Source of the DNA: Eledone cirrhosa
Taxonomy: Eukaryota
DNA length: 64,000 nucleotides
Direction of reading: 5' to 3'
Assembly: GCA_964016885.1 (NCBI GenBank)
Contig: OZ024740.1
Coordinates: 356,562,001 to 356,626,000, forward strand
Below are positions 51,259 through 64,000 of this stretch, piece by piece. Within the stretch, counting starts at the first letter, position 1; each line of letters opens with the position of its first letter. A model generated the notes under the pieces. The model was not told where the DNA came from. It worked only from the letters and a program-made list of their open reading frames with translations, and ran no database searches. The position numbers were made by a program, and so were the translations under genes.

Positions 51259-51760
51259 CTCTGTCGTGATTGTTTTCTTGGCTGAAATAAACATATTACA
51301 TAGACCAGAGAAGAATAGAAAATGAACGTGACACGAGGGACGTCGTCTTTAGAGATGCCATTATAATGTATTAGTTATGAGCCATTACTTCTTCACCACA
51401 GTAGTGAACAAATCGATTACGAATCTGTTAATAGCTGGATTGTTAAGTGCATTAAAACTAATTTAAATGTTACAACCAATAATTTTAATCTAATTCTGCA
51501 ATTAGTTTAAAATAAAACGTTATTACAATAGGAGCTGTAATGTTTTTCGAAGACGTGCATATATATTTCTTTCGACCATGATTCTGGCAATGATATTTCA
51601 GTAGAAACTTTACTTGACAAGATAATGTAACACAAAGAAGTCTAAGGTCTATTTAATTTAACTTAATCATTAAATTAATTTTAAAGAGAAGACCAGGAAA
51701 ATAAAACGCAGTTAGCAAGATATATACCTTAATATTTTGTACATACATACATACATACAT

Positions 51761-52090
51761 GATGATGATGATGGCTGCCCCCTCGAGTATGGCCATTGCA
51801 CGATATACCATTATTAATAATTATTAATTAATTCTATCGTGCAATGCCTGTGCGTAAAGATATTTTTTTAAAGTGAGGAAAGACTGTGTACTGAGCCAAT
51901 CCCACTCTCTGAGCGACAGTAGCTATAACCCGAAAAGAAGAAAAGATCAACATCATCTGTAACTACTGAGCCGCATGTTTTATATCGGAGTTATCCCAGT
52001 TTCCTGAGTTGCCTTCTCCTAGGGTCCTTCACTCCCAGTGGTTTAACCGCGCGATCGGGTGTCCAGCCCGACTATTTCTATGTCCCAGCG
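51761..52090 (-). mobile_element. Diverged relative of the bipartite RTE-derived element with (ATC)n tail
   Basis: gcaatgcctgtgc...gagccaatcccactctc and ccttctccta match the 62633 family in reverse. Confidence 0.6.
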
Positions 52091-52212
52091 CATATACATA
52101 CACATGCCTCCATGCATATACACAAACATACATACATACATACATACATACATACATACATACATACATACATACATACATACATACATACATACATACA
52201 TACATACATACG

Positions 52213-52480
52213 TATAGAGCCAAGAGTTTCCGATGAAACAGATCAAGCGAAAAAAAGCGCTCCGTCTAATGTACAGAGATAAAATTTGTTATATGTATAC
52301 GATCTCAACGCAAATGCATGCTACCAAAAGTTTCAAGCATCAACCACCATAGGACATAGATATTCTGTGCGTGCAACTTTAGCTATTTTCGTGTAAACCA
52401 AGATGGCTCTGTATCTGATGCTTGTTGATGTTTGAAACCTTAGGTAGCATGCATTCGTGATGAGATCGTATTCATATAAT
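52213..52480. mobile_element. Fold-back remnant with hammerhead 3' halves
   Basis: Imperfect arms about 52289-52344 and 52424-52479; GAAA-CCTtAGG-TA-GCAT on the right arm. Confidence 0.6.
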
Positions 52481-52655
52481 ATACATATATGTTAGCGCAG
52501 GCATGGCTGTTTGACTCAGAAGAACGCTTTGCAACCATTCAATTCTGGGTTCTGGGTTCAATCTCACTGGGTGGTAACTTTAGTAATCTTTTTTTACTAG
52601 ATCCTCGGGTTGAACAGCGTCTTATCAGTGAAATTTGCTCGATTGAAACTGCATT

Positions 52656-52810
<155 letters not shown>

Positions 52811-53566
52811 TCATATAATGTGTGTGTTGTGTGTGTCTCTCTCTCTCTGTGACCATGTTTATGTTTAAGTGTGTCTATATGTGTCTGTGCGCCCGTGTTT
52901 ATATTCCGATAAGAGAGAAACTTGAAGTCGATATGTTCGACTAAATCAAGTATGTGCACCAGAATGGTCGCAGTCGACTGATAGACACCAGCAGAAGAAT
53001 ATAAAAATTGTTTATATGCGTGCATCTTCAAATTACTCAAATTCACACATACATATACGGTAATTCTTCGCAAATATTAGCAATAATAACGTTAACTACT
53101 AAATTCTCTAAAAGTAAATATATATGATTTAAAAACAAATATTTTATTTAAAAGGAACATTGGCCCAACGAAATCTATTTAAAGCAATACATCACACAAA
53201 CTGAATAAGTATGATTTATATTTCTCGGCCGAAAATACACAAGTTCATCGATTCTCACTAACTAAATGTTAAGTACTAAACAAGACTTTGAATAATAGCA
53301 AAGTGTGATGATCGTATATGAGACACAATATCGAACAAACGGGAAATCAATGAGTAATTTGCTAGTACAAGGTATAGGAGATTCAATTATTCCAAACAAG
53401 AATAGAAGATGATTCAGTTCTCTATCAATTCAAAGATGTGTATAGTGAAGATAATAGATAAAACTTTTCAGTGATAACTTTGAAGATATAAGCAGTAGCC
53501 AAACTACATACACACGAAAAAACACTCGATTTTGGTAAGATTTTTCACGGGTGTACACCCTCATTA

Positions 53567-53607
53567 ACGATTGACGAATACAAGCCGAAACCACTAGGTT
53601 CTATCGT
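53567..53607 (+). ncRNA. Degenerate hammerhead-like motif in a probable PLE remnant running to (TA)n at 54190
   Basis: ACGA-TTGACGA-atacaagcc-GAAA-CCactaGG-TT..TCGT; stem II broken. Confidence 0.3.
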
Positions 53608-53716
53608 CGGATTTTTATCTTCCTTTAACCCACTCTGCCTCTTCTCATGCATAGAGTACACCCCGGATTTGTGGTTTCCTCGATCTAGGAGCTGCAGACA
53701 TTATATACTTAACAGC

Positions 53717-53935
53717 TGTGGATTGTGCGGTGGATTGTGCGGTGGATTGGATGGTGGATTGGCAGTATCGGTAGAGAGTCGGACACCATGCTTTGAATCA
53801 TAGAGTTACGTCCCTTTATGATCTGAGTTCAAATCCCGCCGAGGTTAACTTTGCCTTTCATCCTTACAGGGTCGATAAAATAAAGTACCAGTAATGTACT
53901 GGGTAATTGCTGGCCTTGTGCCTAAAATAGAAACA
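53717..53935 (+). mobile_element. Meta/MESC-type SINE with 17-bp TSD and reiterated 5' end
   Basis: TSD attatatacttaacagc at 53700-53716 and 53936-53952; gtggattg repeated four times at the 5' end. Confidence 0.9.
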
Positions 53936-54188
53936 ATTATATACTTAACAGCCGCCTACAACATTTCTCAGGACCCCTACGGACATCTCTTGCTAATGGA
54001 TGTCAAATCCGAAAATATGTGGAATCATTAAAAATTGCTAAGCTAACTTTCTATCACCCTCGCTCTTTTACTTTACTTCACTGAGTCCTTTTTTCTTCCT
54101 CTACTTTCTTATTACCTTGGCATCTTTACCAAACATACATTGTCGAGCTTCCAAATATCCAAACATATTTCTTATTTGTATTTGTATC

Positions 54189-54229
<41 letters not shown>

Positions 54230-54232
<3 letters not shown>

Positions 54233-57200
54233 GTAGTATCACAACAGTTAGTTTACCATACCGAGAACAAATGTTTCACCTTATCTGAATGAAATTGCTG
54301 AAAGAACAGCTCAAATATTTACCACGAGGTCTGCTAAGCAGATACACAACAAACTAAAACATGTAGAAGTCTCTTTCGAACTAATTCAAAACAATTTTGA
54401 AAAACTTCGACATATTTACTCCAATGGACAAAACACAACAGCGACAATATCAACAGCCAGAAAATCAGGAGCCACCACTACTGAATTCAAGCATAATAGC
54501 TGAGTTACTGAATGACAGTATCCGTCAATCACTCACTCAGCCATCATTATCGCCATCACCATTACAACCGTCACCATCTTCTGCCACATCAACTGCTAGT
54601 AATGGACCACTGCTCTCTCTCGCACCACAGTTTTCATCATCATCATCGTCACCACCACTGCTTTCTTCCCCCCACATTACCACCATAGCCATGCCATAGT
54701 CAAAAGAACTTTTTTAAAAATTCTATGGAGCTGTATGCACCCCCCCCTCCCACTACACATACTAGAAATCCCAAAATATGCCGCTACTACGTCAGAGGCT
54801 ATGCACACGTAGCGACTGTATATTTACCCGTTTACCGGGTACTAGGCGCACTAACACTGCCAGCCAACACCAAAGCACGCTGCCCGCACACATAGGTCGG
54901 AGTCCCAAAATCTGCCAACATTCCGAACGTGAGAGGCTATGTCTGCTGACTGACTGTCCCTTCACTCATATTCCTGAGACACAACGCAAGAACAGAAAAG
55001 GGGCTCCATGTCAACACACAAACCACAATAAAACCACCCCCTGCTGCAGTAATGCTGCTCCAGTCTCCTCACGAAGAAACGAATACAACAACAAAAACAA
55101 CAAAAGTAATGCTGCTTCAGTCTTTTCACAAAGACACGATTACAACAACAACAAATACAACAACAAAAGTAATGCTGCTCCAGTCTTTTCACAAAGACAC
55201 AATTACAACAAATACAACAACAACAACAACAAACGAGGGAACTGCAACCCTAATGGTGTAACCACAAATCCAAACAAAAACTGCTCCTTGAACAAGAAAA
55301 GTTTTCTTTTTTAGCCATGAACCTGGCAAAAGCGATAGAGAAAAATATTTTAGCCATCACCCAACATCTCCTTGCTGACACTAACACACAATCTCAAAAC
55401 AAGCCCCCTGCAACAGTCATAACCAGCCACCACACTAGCTATATAGGCCACCACAAACACCCATAATCTGCTTCAAAGAATGCCTCAACAGTATTAAATG
55501 CTTTATTAAACAGTGCCATTGTAGCAACATACTTTTGATGGGAGACTTTAATCTACCCTGTGTCGATTGGTCTACATGTAGTTTGAAATCAGGCACCACA
55601 ACCTCAACCACTGACAAAGAAGCTGTCGAGTCACTTCTTGACTTCATGAATGAGTTCTTCTTGTGCCAACTTGTCCTTGCACCAACGAGGCATCAGAAGA
55701 ACATTCTGGATCTAGTGTTTAGTAACCACACTAACATTATCCATAATATTACAGTGGAATAAACCCTTCTCTCAGACCATGACATGGTCTGAGAGAAGGG
55801 TTTATTCCACCACCCGAAAGCTAATCCCAGGGCCATCTTTCCAACTCACCATTTGATAACATGGATCTCTACAATGCCAACTGGGATGCAATTATGAACG
55901 AACTATCAGATATCGACTGGTCTTTTACACACGCACACACTTCCACCAGCATCAACACATCTTGGCAGATCTTTGTAGACACTGTCAAAAATATATGTAC
56001 AAAACACACCCCATCAAAACCTGTGAACAAAACCAAGTGCAGTATCCCCCAAAACAGAAAAACAATTATCAGAAAAATAAAAAGAACAATCAAAAAAATT
56101 AACACACTAAAATACTGCCAACAGCAACACACACATTCGAAGGCTATCGCCCTGCTTGAGTCAAAAAAATATAACCTCCAGCAATGCATGATCACGATCA
56201 TCAATAGCCAGAGAATAGCTGAAGAGAGGTGGGCCATTGAGAAAATCAAACTCAATCCCAAAGTGTTCTTTTCATTTGCTAAAAAACACAAGGTCACCGT
56301 CTCCACTGTTGGTCCTCTAGTTGATGAAAATGGCACACTCCAAGACAATGCCAAAACCATAGGCGACATACTGCAGAAACAATACTGCTCTGTTTTCAGC
56401 AATCCTGATATGGCCGATCTGGGTTATATCAGTGATGTTAATCCCCAACACACTATATTAGACATAACATTTGGCGCCGCTGATGTCTTACCGGCAATAA
56501 ACGAAATTAAACACAATTCAGCAGTAGGCTCCGACAGGTTTCCTGCTTGTGTCCTGAAGGTGTGTCGACACCAACTTGCATCTCCGCTTGCTAATCTGTG
56601 GAGGAACTCACTGGACACTGGCTATATACCTGAAAACTTTCTGTCCCAGTCCGTTGTCCCAGTCTTCAAAAAGGGAAATAAGTCCCTCATCTCTCATATT
56701 ATCAAGGTAATTGAGAGGGTGGTGAGATCACGAATAACCCACTTTCTTGAAAGCAACGGCCTGCTGAACTCCAACCAACATGGGTTCCGTAATAGAAAGG
56801 ACTGCCTAACGCAGCTCCTGCATCACTTTGACGATGTTTTGAGAGCCTTGGGTGAGGGCTCCAACACTGATGTCATCTATCTTGATTTCAGCAACACCTC
56901 TGACAGAGTTGATCATGAGATTCTACTGAAAAAACTATCCAATGTTGGCGTCTCTGGAAGGTAACTACAGTGGATCAAATGTTTCCTGACAGACAGAACT
57001 CAGCATGTTGTAGTCGAAGTAGTAAATTCAAGCCCTGCCAAAGTCATCAGTGGCGTCCCACAAGGCACTGTGCTGGAGCCATTTCTTTTCATCATCTACA
57101 TTAATGACATTAAGACATGATCAAGCACAGCAACATAAGAATCTTCGCAGATGATTCCAAGCTCCAAAGGTCATCAATGAGGTGGGTGACCGGGCTTGCC

Positions 57201-58115
57201 TTCAGTCAGACCTAGTGGCTGTTATCCAATGGGTAGAAAAGAATTATATGCTGTTGAGTGAGGATAATTTTGAAATAATCCACTTTGGAAAAAAGAATGC
57301 ACTGAAACTATCATACTCTCTTCCTTCGGGTGAAACTCTAGTCGCATACAACAACATCAGAGACCTGGGATTCATTGTGGATAACAACATAGGCTGGGCC
57401 ACTCAAATAAACAGCAAAGTTGATATGGCCCGCAGAATGTGTTTCTGGATTCTCAGAACGTTCCAGTCGAGAGACAACCACACTGTTATCCTTCTCTTCT
57501 CCACTTTTGCCCGACCCCACCTTGAATACTGTTGTCGACTGTGGTCTCCCCACACGAAACAAAGTATCATGAAAGTTGAAGCACCCCAAAGGTCAATTAT
57601 AAAAAAGATAGATGGCATGGCAGGCCTTGATTATTGGAGTCGATTAGAAAAGCTCAAACCTTTATTCTCTCCAACGTCGGCGTGAGCGCTACATTATCTG
57701 CATGATGTGGAAACTATTCCATCATTTTGCCCAAATGATGTTGGCATCACCTTTAATGTACACCCAAGGCTTGGGTCCCGTGCTATCCGCCCACGACAAA
57801 AATCTCACTCGTATCTCATAACAACAATACGGCACACTTATTTCACCTCAATTGGCCCTGCTCTCTTTAACTTTACACCAAAACTCATCAAAGCAGAGAC
57901 AGACCCCATCAAGTTCAAGAAGTCTTTGGATACATTCCTTCAAGAAATCCCGGATAAGCCTCCTACACCCGGATATGCCTCCGTAAACAATAACTCTCTG
58001 CTCGAGTGGGCCATGGTTCCGAAACACTGATTTGTAAGACTTCGCCAGGTGGTGCTATTAAGTTAGACATGGCCTGGACCAATACTGGTCGAAACCTATC
58101 AAAGTTATCAAAGTT
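54230..58115 (+). mobile_element. CR1-group LINE inserted in (TA)n, with (ATCAAAGTT)2 tail
   Basis: ORF1 remnant with two CCCH-like fingers, APE and RT remnants, (TA)n on both sides. Confidence 0.88.
55440..58030 (+). pseudogene. CR1-group ORF2 (APE lacking its N-terminus + RT), disrupted
   Basis: YRPP, GDFNLPCVDW, ILDLVF, SDH, QHGFR, IYLDFS, SGVPQGTVL, FADD, IRDLG, RPHLEYC, IPDKP. Confidence 0.9.
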
Positions 58116-58130
58116 ATATATATATATATA

Positions 58131-58312
58131 TAGCGAGGGAAAGGAGCTAGATAGCGAGGGAAAAGTGGTAAGGAACCAGGTGGACCATAACGCACCAAAG
58201 TACTCAATACTTAGGGTAGTAGAGTGGGTAATAGGAGTAAGTAAGACCCCCCAGTACAGAATTAGCCGTCGAAACGGCTTGAGCTCAGCCGTCGGGGTCT
58301 TACTTACTCCTA
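58131..58312. mobile_element. Mini fold-back Penelope-like element in (TA)n, copy 3 of 3
   Basis: ataggagtaagtaagacccc / ggggtcttacttactcctat arms; same body as the 17232 and 17878 copies. Confidence 0.8.
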
Positions 58313-58367
58313 TATATATAGAGAGAGAAAAAAAAAATATATATATATATACATACATACATACACA

Positions 58368-58425
<58 letters not shown>

Positions 58426-58428
<3 letters not shown>

Positions 58429-58808
58429 CGGGTAAAATTCCCGAGATCCATGGACGAGTTCTCTCCAGCTGTCTCTGTCCCTCATTATCGCTGGCATGTC
58501 CTGCGTCTCCAACAGACCAGTGTCTGTCCTTAGGGCATCAACATACGTTAACCTTGGTCTTCCACTTCCAGTGTGTCCATGTAGGGGCTCCCACGGGAGC
58601 ACTGAGTGCAATGTCAACTCTGGATGTCGGTGAGCATGTCCAACTAACCTCAATCTCCTCTGTGTCAGTTTTGAGAGGCCCCCATACAGCTCTGAGTTTT
58701 TCATCCGCAGTGTATACTGATTAATGTTCAGAGCCATCCTCAGCATTCTCGTGTAGCACCCATCCACCATCTGTGTGAGTTTCTTGGTCAGTGTCCACGT
58801 CTGGAACT
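58426..58808 (-). mobile_element. RTE-clade LINE 3' fragment between (TA)n arrays
   Basis: [43 protein letters not shown]. Confidence 0.88.
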
Positions 58809-58841
58809 TATATATGTATATATATATATATACATACATAC

Positions 58842-58964
<123 letters not shown>

Positions 58965-59102
58965 CGTATATATATATATATATATATATATAGTAATAAT
59001 AAAAATTTTGAAGACTAAAATCCAAAGAGGGCTCGATAACGATAATTATATATCAAATATATAAGAACCATAGAGCAAATATTTATTAAAATAACAGATT
59101 AA

Positions 59103-59153
59103 AGTTTAAGCAAAGAATCGCTGCTTTCACCCTTAACGGGATCTTCTGAAACT
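59103..59153 (-). ncRNA. Hammerhead motif, U4A core variant (mutated mirror at 61320-61370 on +)
   Basis: AGTTT-CAGAAGA-TCCCgttaaGGGT-GAA-AGCA-gcgattctt-TGCT-T-AAACT. Confidence 0.62.
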
Positions 59154-60105
59154 AACAAAGTCAATCTGTGAACGCAGAAGTGAATATTTCAAAAAAACGT
59201 TGCAACCGGAGGAAGACAGGAAGACGATACTTTGGTTCGTGGAATCGTTCCCTAGCAAAGAACGGGAAAAAACGAATATAATACGTCATTATTTGGTGCG
59301 GTGAAAAACAATTACACGCAAAGACAAAACTACGTTTATGGTATAAAAGAAGTCGTAGACTAATATTCTCTTAGGTGGTTCATAGAGACGTTTTCTAGCA
59401 ATGAACGGAAAAAACGAAGATAATACGTCATATGTGGAGCGTGGAGAACAATTGCACGCAAATACAAAACCACGTAAATGGTATAACTGAAGTCGTAGAC
59501 TAAAATTCTAACTAGGAGACCGAATGATTCTCGGCTTCAGAATTAAGAATAAAGTAAATAAAATACAGAAGTAACAGAAATTAAATAAATATATACACGC
59601 AACCATATACGTACGTACACAAGCATACGCGAGAACACTCGCCATAGGTATACAAATACACGCACATATAAATATGTGTGTGTGTGTGTGCGTGTTTACA
59701 AATAATTAAACGTATATAAATAAATAAATACGTATATAAGAAGCGCACACACATACCTACATGTAAATACACATATGTTCAGAGACGAACGTCAACCAAA
59801 ACACGAAGTACACATATACACACGCCCTACATACGTACGAACTCGCATACTCACACAGACTCAAAACTCACGTATACACATAACCAAAAGCATATGTACC
59901 AGAATATATAAAAATATACGCCATAACATATATAATCAAATATACGTACGAGAAAGTATACGTACCTTCACCATACATACATGTAATATATACTTACCTA
60001 TGCAAATAAGTAATGGTATAAACATAACATATACTTAGCTACCACATCAAGACGTAAAATATCCACGTATAGATCGTACTGTCCGTTAGGGTATAATGTG
60101 GGGCT

Positions 60106-61290
60106 CTAATACAGGAAAGTTTTGTGCAATTTATGTTTACAAGCCGAAATTGCCTCAGATTTTTTGTTTAAGATGTGGTCTGTGGCGTAGAGTATTTCCA
60201 GGGCCTCAGCGGCGCAGTGGTCACATGGTCTTTTATTTCCGTTATACTCCCTAGCCCTAGCTAGGATCTCCCAGTGTAACTTATATTGGGTGTGGTTGTC
60301 TTTAAGACTCCAGATATAAGCTGAAAGTGACGTCATATTCCTTCTTAGAGGGTAACGAAAAGAATGGGTATGCATGTAAAGACGCTGCTTGAATCTATTG
60401 GCGGTTAACCCTATGTAGGCCCTACGGGACGTGGGAGTTTCGACCTTACATTTGTAGACAATGTTACTAGATAGGCATTTCCCGGATAGGAGGCAATCAA
60501 CCCGGTTCCTACAATTACAGTTAGTACTAATTACAGGGTTGCACGTGTTCCTACGGCTAGGTAGTTTAGCTAAATTTGAAGCTGTGATGTTATGTGCAAG
60601 GTTTGGAGTCGTATAGTAACAAATTTGAATATTTCTATTTAAAATTTTACTATATTTATGTGTAGGGGTAAATGCTTCTGATAAGGGATAGAAATATCTT
60701 AGCTAATGGTTGGCCACCTCCATATTATATGGTGGATTATACCATATAATGCGTCGGGATCTATTTCTTCTAGGTCTATTCTCGTACTCTGTATAAGCTA
60801 CCTTATCGACAAATCCACTCCGAGTAGGAGCTTCATTGTAATATGTGGAATGGTCGTTGAAAATATGCTCATTAGTAGATAGACGGGAAAGCCTCAAAGA
60901 AACGTTTCTTACCAGGTTCTTGGTTATACTGGCAGGATGGTTGGAATGCTTACTTATGTAATTAAGCGTATCATTCGGCTTTCTATACGGGTAATACAAG
61001 TCATTCGATAAATTGAGGGTAACGTCGAGGTAATTAACGACCGAGAGGTTGGCCTCAACCTGTATAGAGAGGTTGAAGCCTTTAAAGAAGGCTGTGAGTT
61101 CTTTTTTGAACCTGTCGCAAGCACGTGGGCCGCACTTAGTCATGGTCAAAAGACCATCATCACGGTACAAACCACCGCCCCTGTTGGGAAATTCGTCCTT
61201 GATAGAGAAAAGAAGGAAAAGGCCGATAAGATCAGTAACCTCCGCAGAATCGCTGGCGCCCATACTCACGTCGAATAGGGTACTATTAGT
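60106..61290 (-). pseudogene. Naiad-type RT (3' part) + GIY-YIG, disrupted
   Basis: FDVSMGASDSAEVTDLIG, GLYRDDGL, NYLD, SNHP, IWYNPPY, CNCR, YIGLT, TSLSAYIWSLK, LNKKSE..CKH. Confidence 0.92.
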
Positions 61291-61386
61291 CACTTCTGCG
61301 TTCACAGATTGTCTTTGTTAGTTTCAGAAGATCCCGTTAAGCGTGAAAACAGCGATTCTTTGCTTAAACTTTAATCTGTTATTTTA

Positions 61387-61422
<36 letters not shown>

Positions 61423-61582
61423 ATACATATATATATAATTATATCAGTGGTTCCCTAATGCAACGCAAGATGTATGCATTTGTTTTTGGTATGGGAAAGA
61501 TATCTTCACATGAAAATTCGATTAGTGATATGCTTCAGGCTAAATAAAGCATATGTTGTATACCATATATATATATATATTA

Positions 61583-62530
61583 TAGTTGAAACAGTAAACA
61601 AAAAAGAAAGACAACAACGTGGAAGCGAAGAGGCAGTAAAAAATGTTAATACTAGTTTCACGCTTGAGAGTGGGGGGTGGGGAACGACGTTTCGGGATTC
61701 AGCAAGAGAAAAGTGAGCAGGAACAAAATTCCGAGACTGTGAGGGGGAGTGGTGGAAATACATTAAAAAAGGGGGGAGAGAAAAGTGAGGAAAAAGATTT
61801 TTTTAGAGGGTAAAAAAAATTAAAATGAAACAAGTGGTGAAAGAGTATGAGGCGTTTAGAGGTGGTGGTGGGTGGATGGAGGGTGGAGAGGGGAGAGGGG
61901 ACGTGGGGTCCGAGCGGGGAGTGCTGAAGGTGGTGTGTGTGTATGTGTGTAGGTGTACGTGTGTGTGTGTGGATATGAATGTGAGAGTTGGGGAAGAACG
62001 AGGTTGCATGTTTGGGTGATGGGGAAACCGGTGTGTACATGGGGTGGGGTGTAAGTCGGTGTGTGTGTGTGGATTGAGAGGGGGTCAGAGGATGCTGGGT
62101 GTGTGTTTGTGGGGATACGCACGTGTGTGTGTGTGTTTTTGTGTGGTGTGGATGTATGGTTGCGTGGTGCGAAAATAGTGTAAGTGTTTGTGTGTGTGTG
62201 TTCCTGGATGTTTTTCCACGGATTGTGGGAACGGATGTTGAAGATTCCGAGCGTAGAAGTGTGGATGACTGGAGCGGTTGGCTGGTGGTGTAAAATCCTT
62301 GGTATATTATTGAGGAAGTGGGGTGCGCGCGCAACAGGAAGTGGTCATATATAAATATACTACAGCGGTTCATTTTCATCGGCACAGGTTGAACATGCTG
62401 GTCCTCAGGGATAACGAAACGTACGTAACTGGTATGGCGCCTTTGTTGTAACTAGCCTAACTACTTATATTCAAGCTCGTTCTACGGACTTGAATTCCTC
62501 TATACCTTGTGTATTCACCTATCTATTACT
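61583..62530. mobile_element. TA-flanked non-coding element with outward-facing partial hammerheads at both ends
   Basis: Minus 61681-61705 CTGAATCCC-GAAA-CG-TC; plus 62396-62435 ATGCTGGT..GAAA-CGTACG-TA-ACTGGTAT; GT-rich interior. Confidence 0.4.
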
Positions 62531-62538
62531 ACTACATA

Positions 62539-62574
<36 letters not shown>

Positions 62575-62632
62575 TGTATGTATGTATGTATGTATGTATG
62601 TATGTATGTATGTATGTATGTATGTATGTATG

Positions 62633-63244
62633 TCAGGTCACCAGTTGGTTCTACTGGTAACATGTATCCCAGTACAACCTGTCTCATGGTCGGGTCGTTG
62701 GCGACTAAACTGGCAACCCCACCAAGGTTTCTTGATGAGGAGGGTGACTTTGGACATCCTGCAGGACTAAAAACAAAACCTGTCAAAGGGCAAAGGACCT
62801 CTTAAGAGTCAATGGCCATCCAAAATCACCGGGAGAGATGACCCATTAGCCTTTGTCAAGGAAGAATTCTAGGAGAAGGAAAACTCTGATATAACACCTG
62901 CAACCCTGATGGTATCCAATGATGTTGACTTGTTCTTCTTTTTGGTAAATATCATCTTCTTCAAGAGAGTGGGACTGGCTTTGTGCAGTGCCTTTGCTCA
63001 CTATAAAAGCTTCACGGCACAGGCATTTCTTTATATCTGGAGATCTCTCTGCACTTGTCGTCACATGGTACCATGGGCCCAGCACTATGTGACAATAATT
63101 GTCACAGGTGTAGTGTTTGTACCAGAGTTTTCAAGTCGCTGGCTGGATTAAAAAGTCACACTCGTTCAGCGCATCGGTAGGGGTTCTCCTACATGGATAT
63201 AAAGTAGTGGCCGTACTCGAAAACGAGTTGGCAGGCAGCCACCA
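62633..63244 (+). mobile_element. Bipartite RTE-derived non-autonomous retroelement in (TATG)n
   Basis: RTE 5'UTR-like ctaggagaaggaaaactctga joined to a C2H2 remnant [23 protein letters not shown]-stop and 3' stem-loop; (TATG)n both sides. Confidence 0.8.
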
Positions 63245-63268
63245 TGTATGTATGTATGTTTATTGGTT

Positions 63269-63368
<100 letters not shown>

Positions 63369-64000
63369 TGTGCATGTGTGTTGTTAGTGTATTTATATGT
63401 GCATGTGCATACATGTGTATACATCTACAAGAAGTCGGCCGAGACGTAAATGACTACACATGAAACTTAAATGTACAGATTTTTTAATGGAACTATATAA
63501 GTAAATTGATTATGACTATAAAAAGCTAATGTTAAATGTTTCATAGTTACTAGGTGTGTCAGATTATTAGAAATAACTATTATATATTTCTCTTAGAAAG
63601 TTTGATGATTCTATTTCATCTACACATATCCATTCGAAACAATCGATTATTTGTAAAGACAATTGTTGTATTGGTTGTCTTCAGAGATCGATAAACAGCG
63701 AACATTGATCGTTGGTTATTAGTGATTCCCATATCCCACGTTTAATTTCACTGAATCAACACCATGCCTAATGTATATATCGACTATTTAGCTACGTGCT
63801 TGATTAATTAGACAAGACAGCAACTCACACAAAACACCTACTGCTTTTCTTTAAAATGATTTTATACGATTTGCTTCGTGATTGTAACAAGACGACAGAA
63901 ATATATAATGTTATAATATGAATACTGTTTTTGACGAGGAACAATACCATTTATATAGACGAGTAGATCGAAATAAGAATATTGTTTAGTCTTTAACAAC

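Larger units (their letters stand above)
58992..61388 (-). mobile_element. 5'-truncated Naiad-type Penelope-like element (second family) with short inverted pLTR, between (TA)n arrays
   Basis: 61290-61388 is the reverse complement of about 59085-59183; RT/GIY-YIG remnant; two direct repeats in the 3' region. Confidence 0.9.

Noticed and set aside
60703-61305. Start codons of the 200-aa ORF here and of the 148-aa ORF at 22437-22883
   Set aside because: Both N-termini come from inverted arms or flanking repeats; the elements are 5' truncated

Overview
AT-rich, microsatellite-saturated animal DNA, most likely an octopus/coleoid cephalopod (inferred from the Meta- and CORE-type SINEs and the repeat landscape). 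No intact host gene is visible; there is one candidate 126-bp exon. The window is a transposon graveyard: an L1/Tx1 LINE, three tandem R4/Dong LINE pieces at (TAA)n, a CR1-group LINE, RTE fragments and bipartite RTE derivatives, a Chapaev3-like transposon, two hAT MITEs, a Helitron derivative and about 11 SINEs. The dominant hidden signal is a diverse population of Penelope-like elements (three Naiad-type RT/GIY-YIG copies and many tiny non-coding derivatives). Most sit in (TA)n arrays, many as tail-out fold-backs, and they carry type I hammerhead ribozyme motifs (about 20 near-complete and about 10 partial, found by eye). Many have non-canonical cores (U3-A8 covariation, U4C, U4A), palindromic stem III or greatly enlarged stem II. 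The copies also show reproducible staggered ends, a shared motif near the terminus and sequence evidence of circular permutation. Nearly all other ORFs in the supplied track are microsatellite or antisense artefacts.
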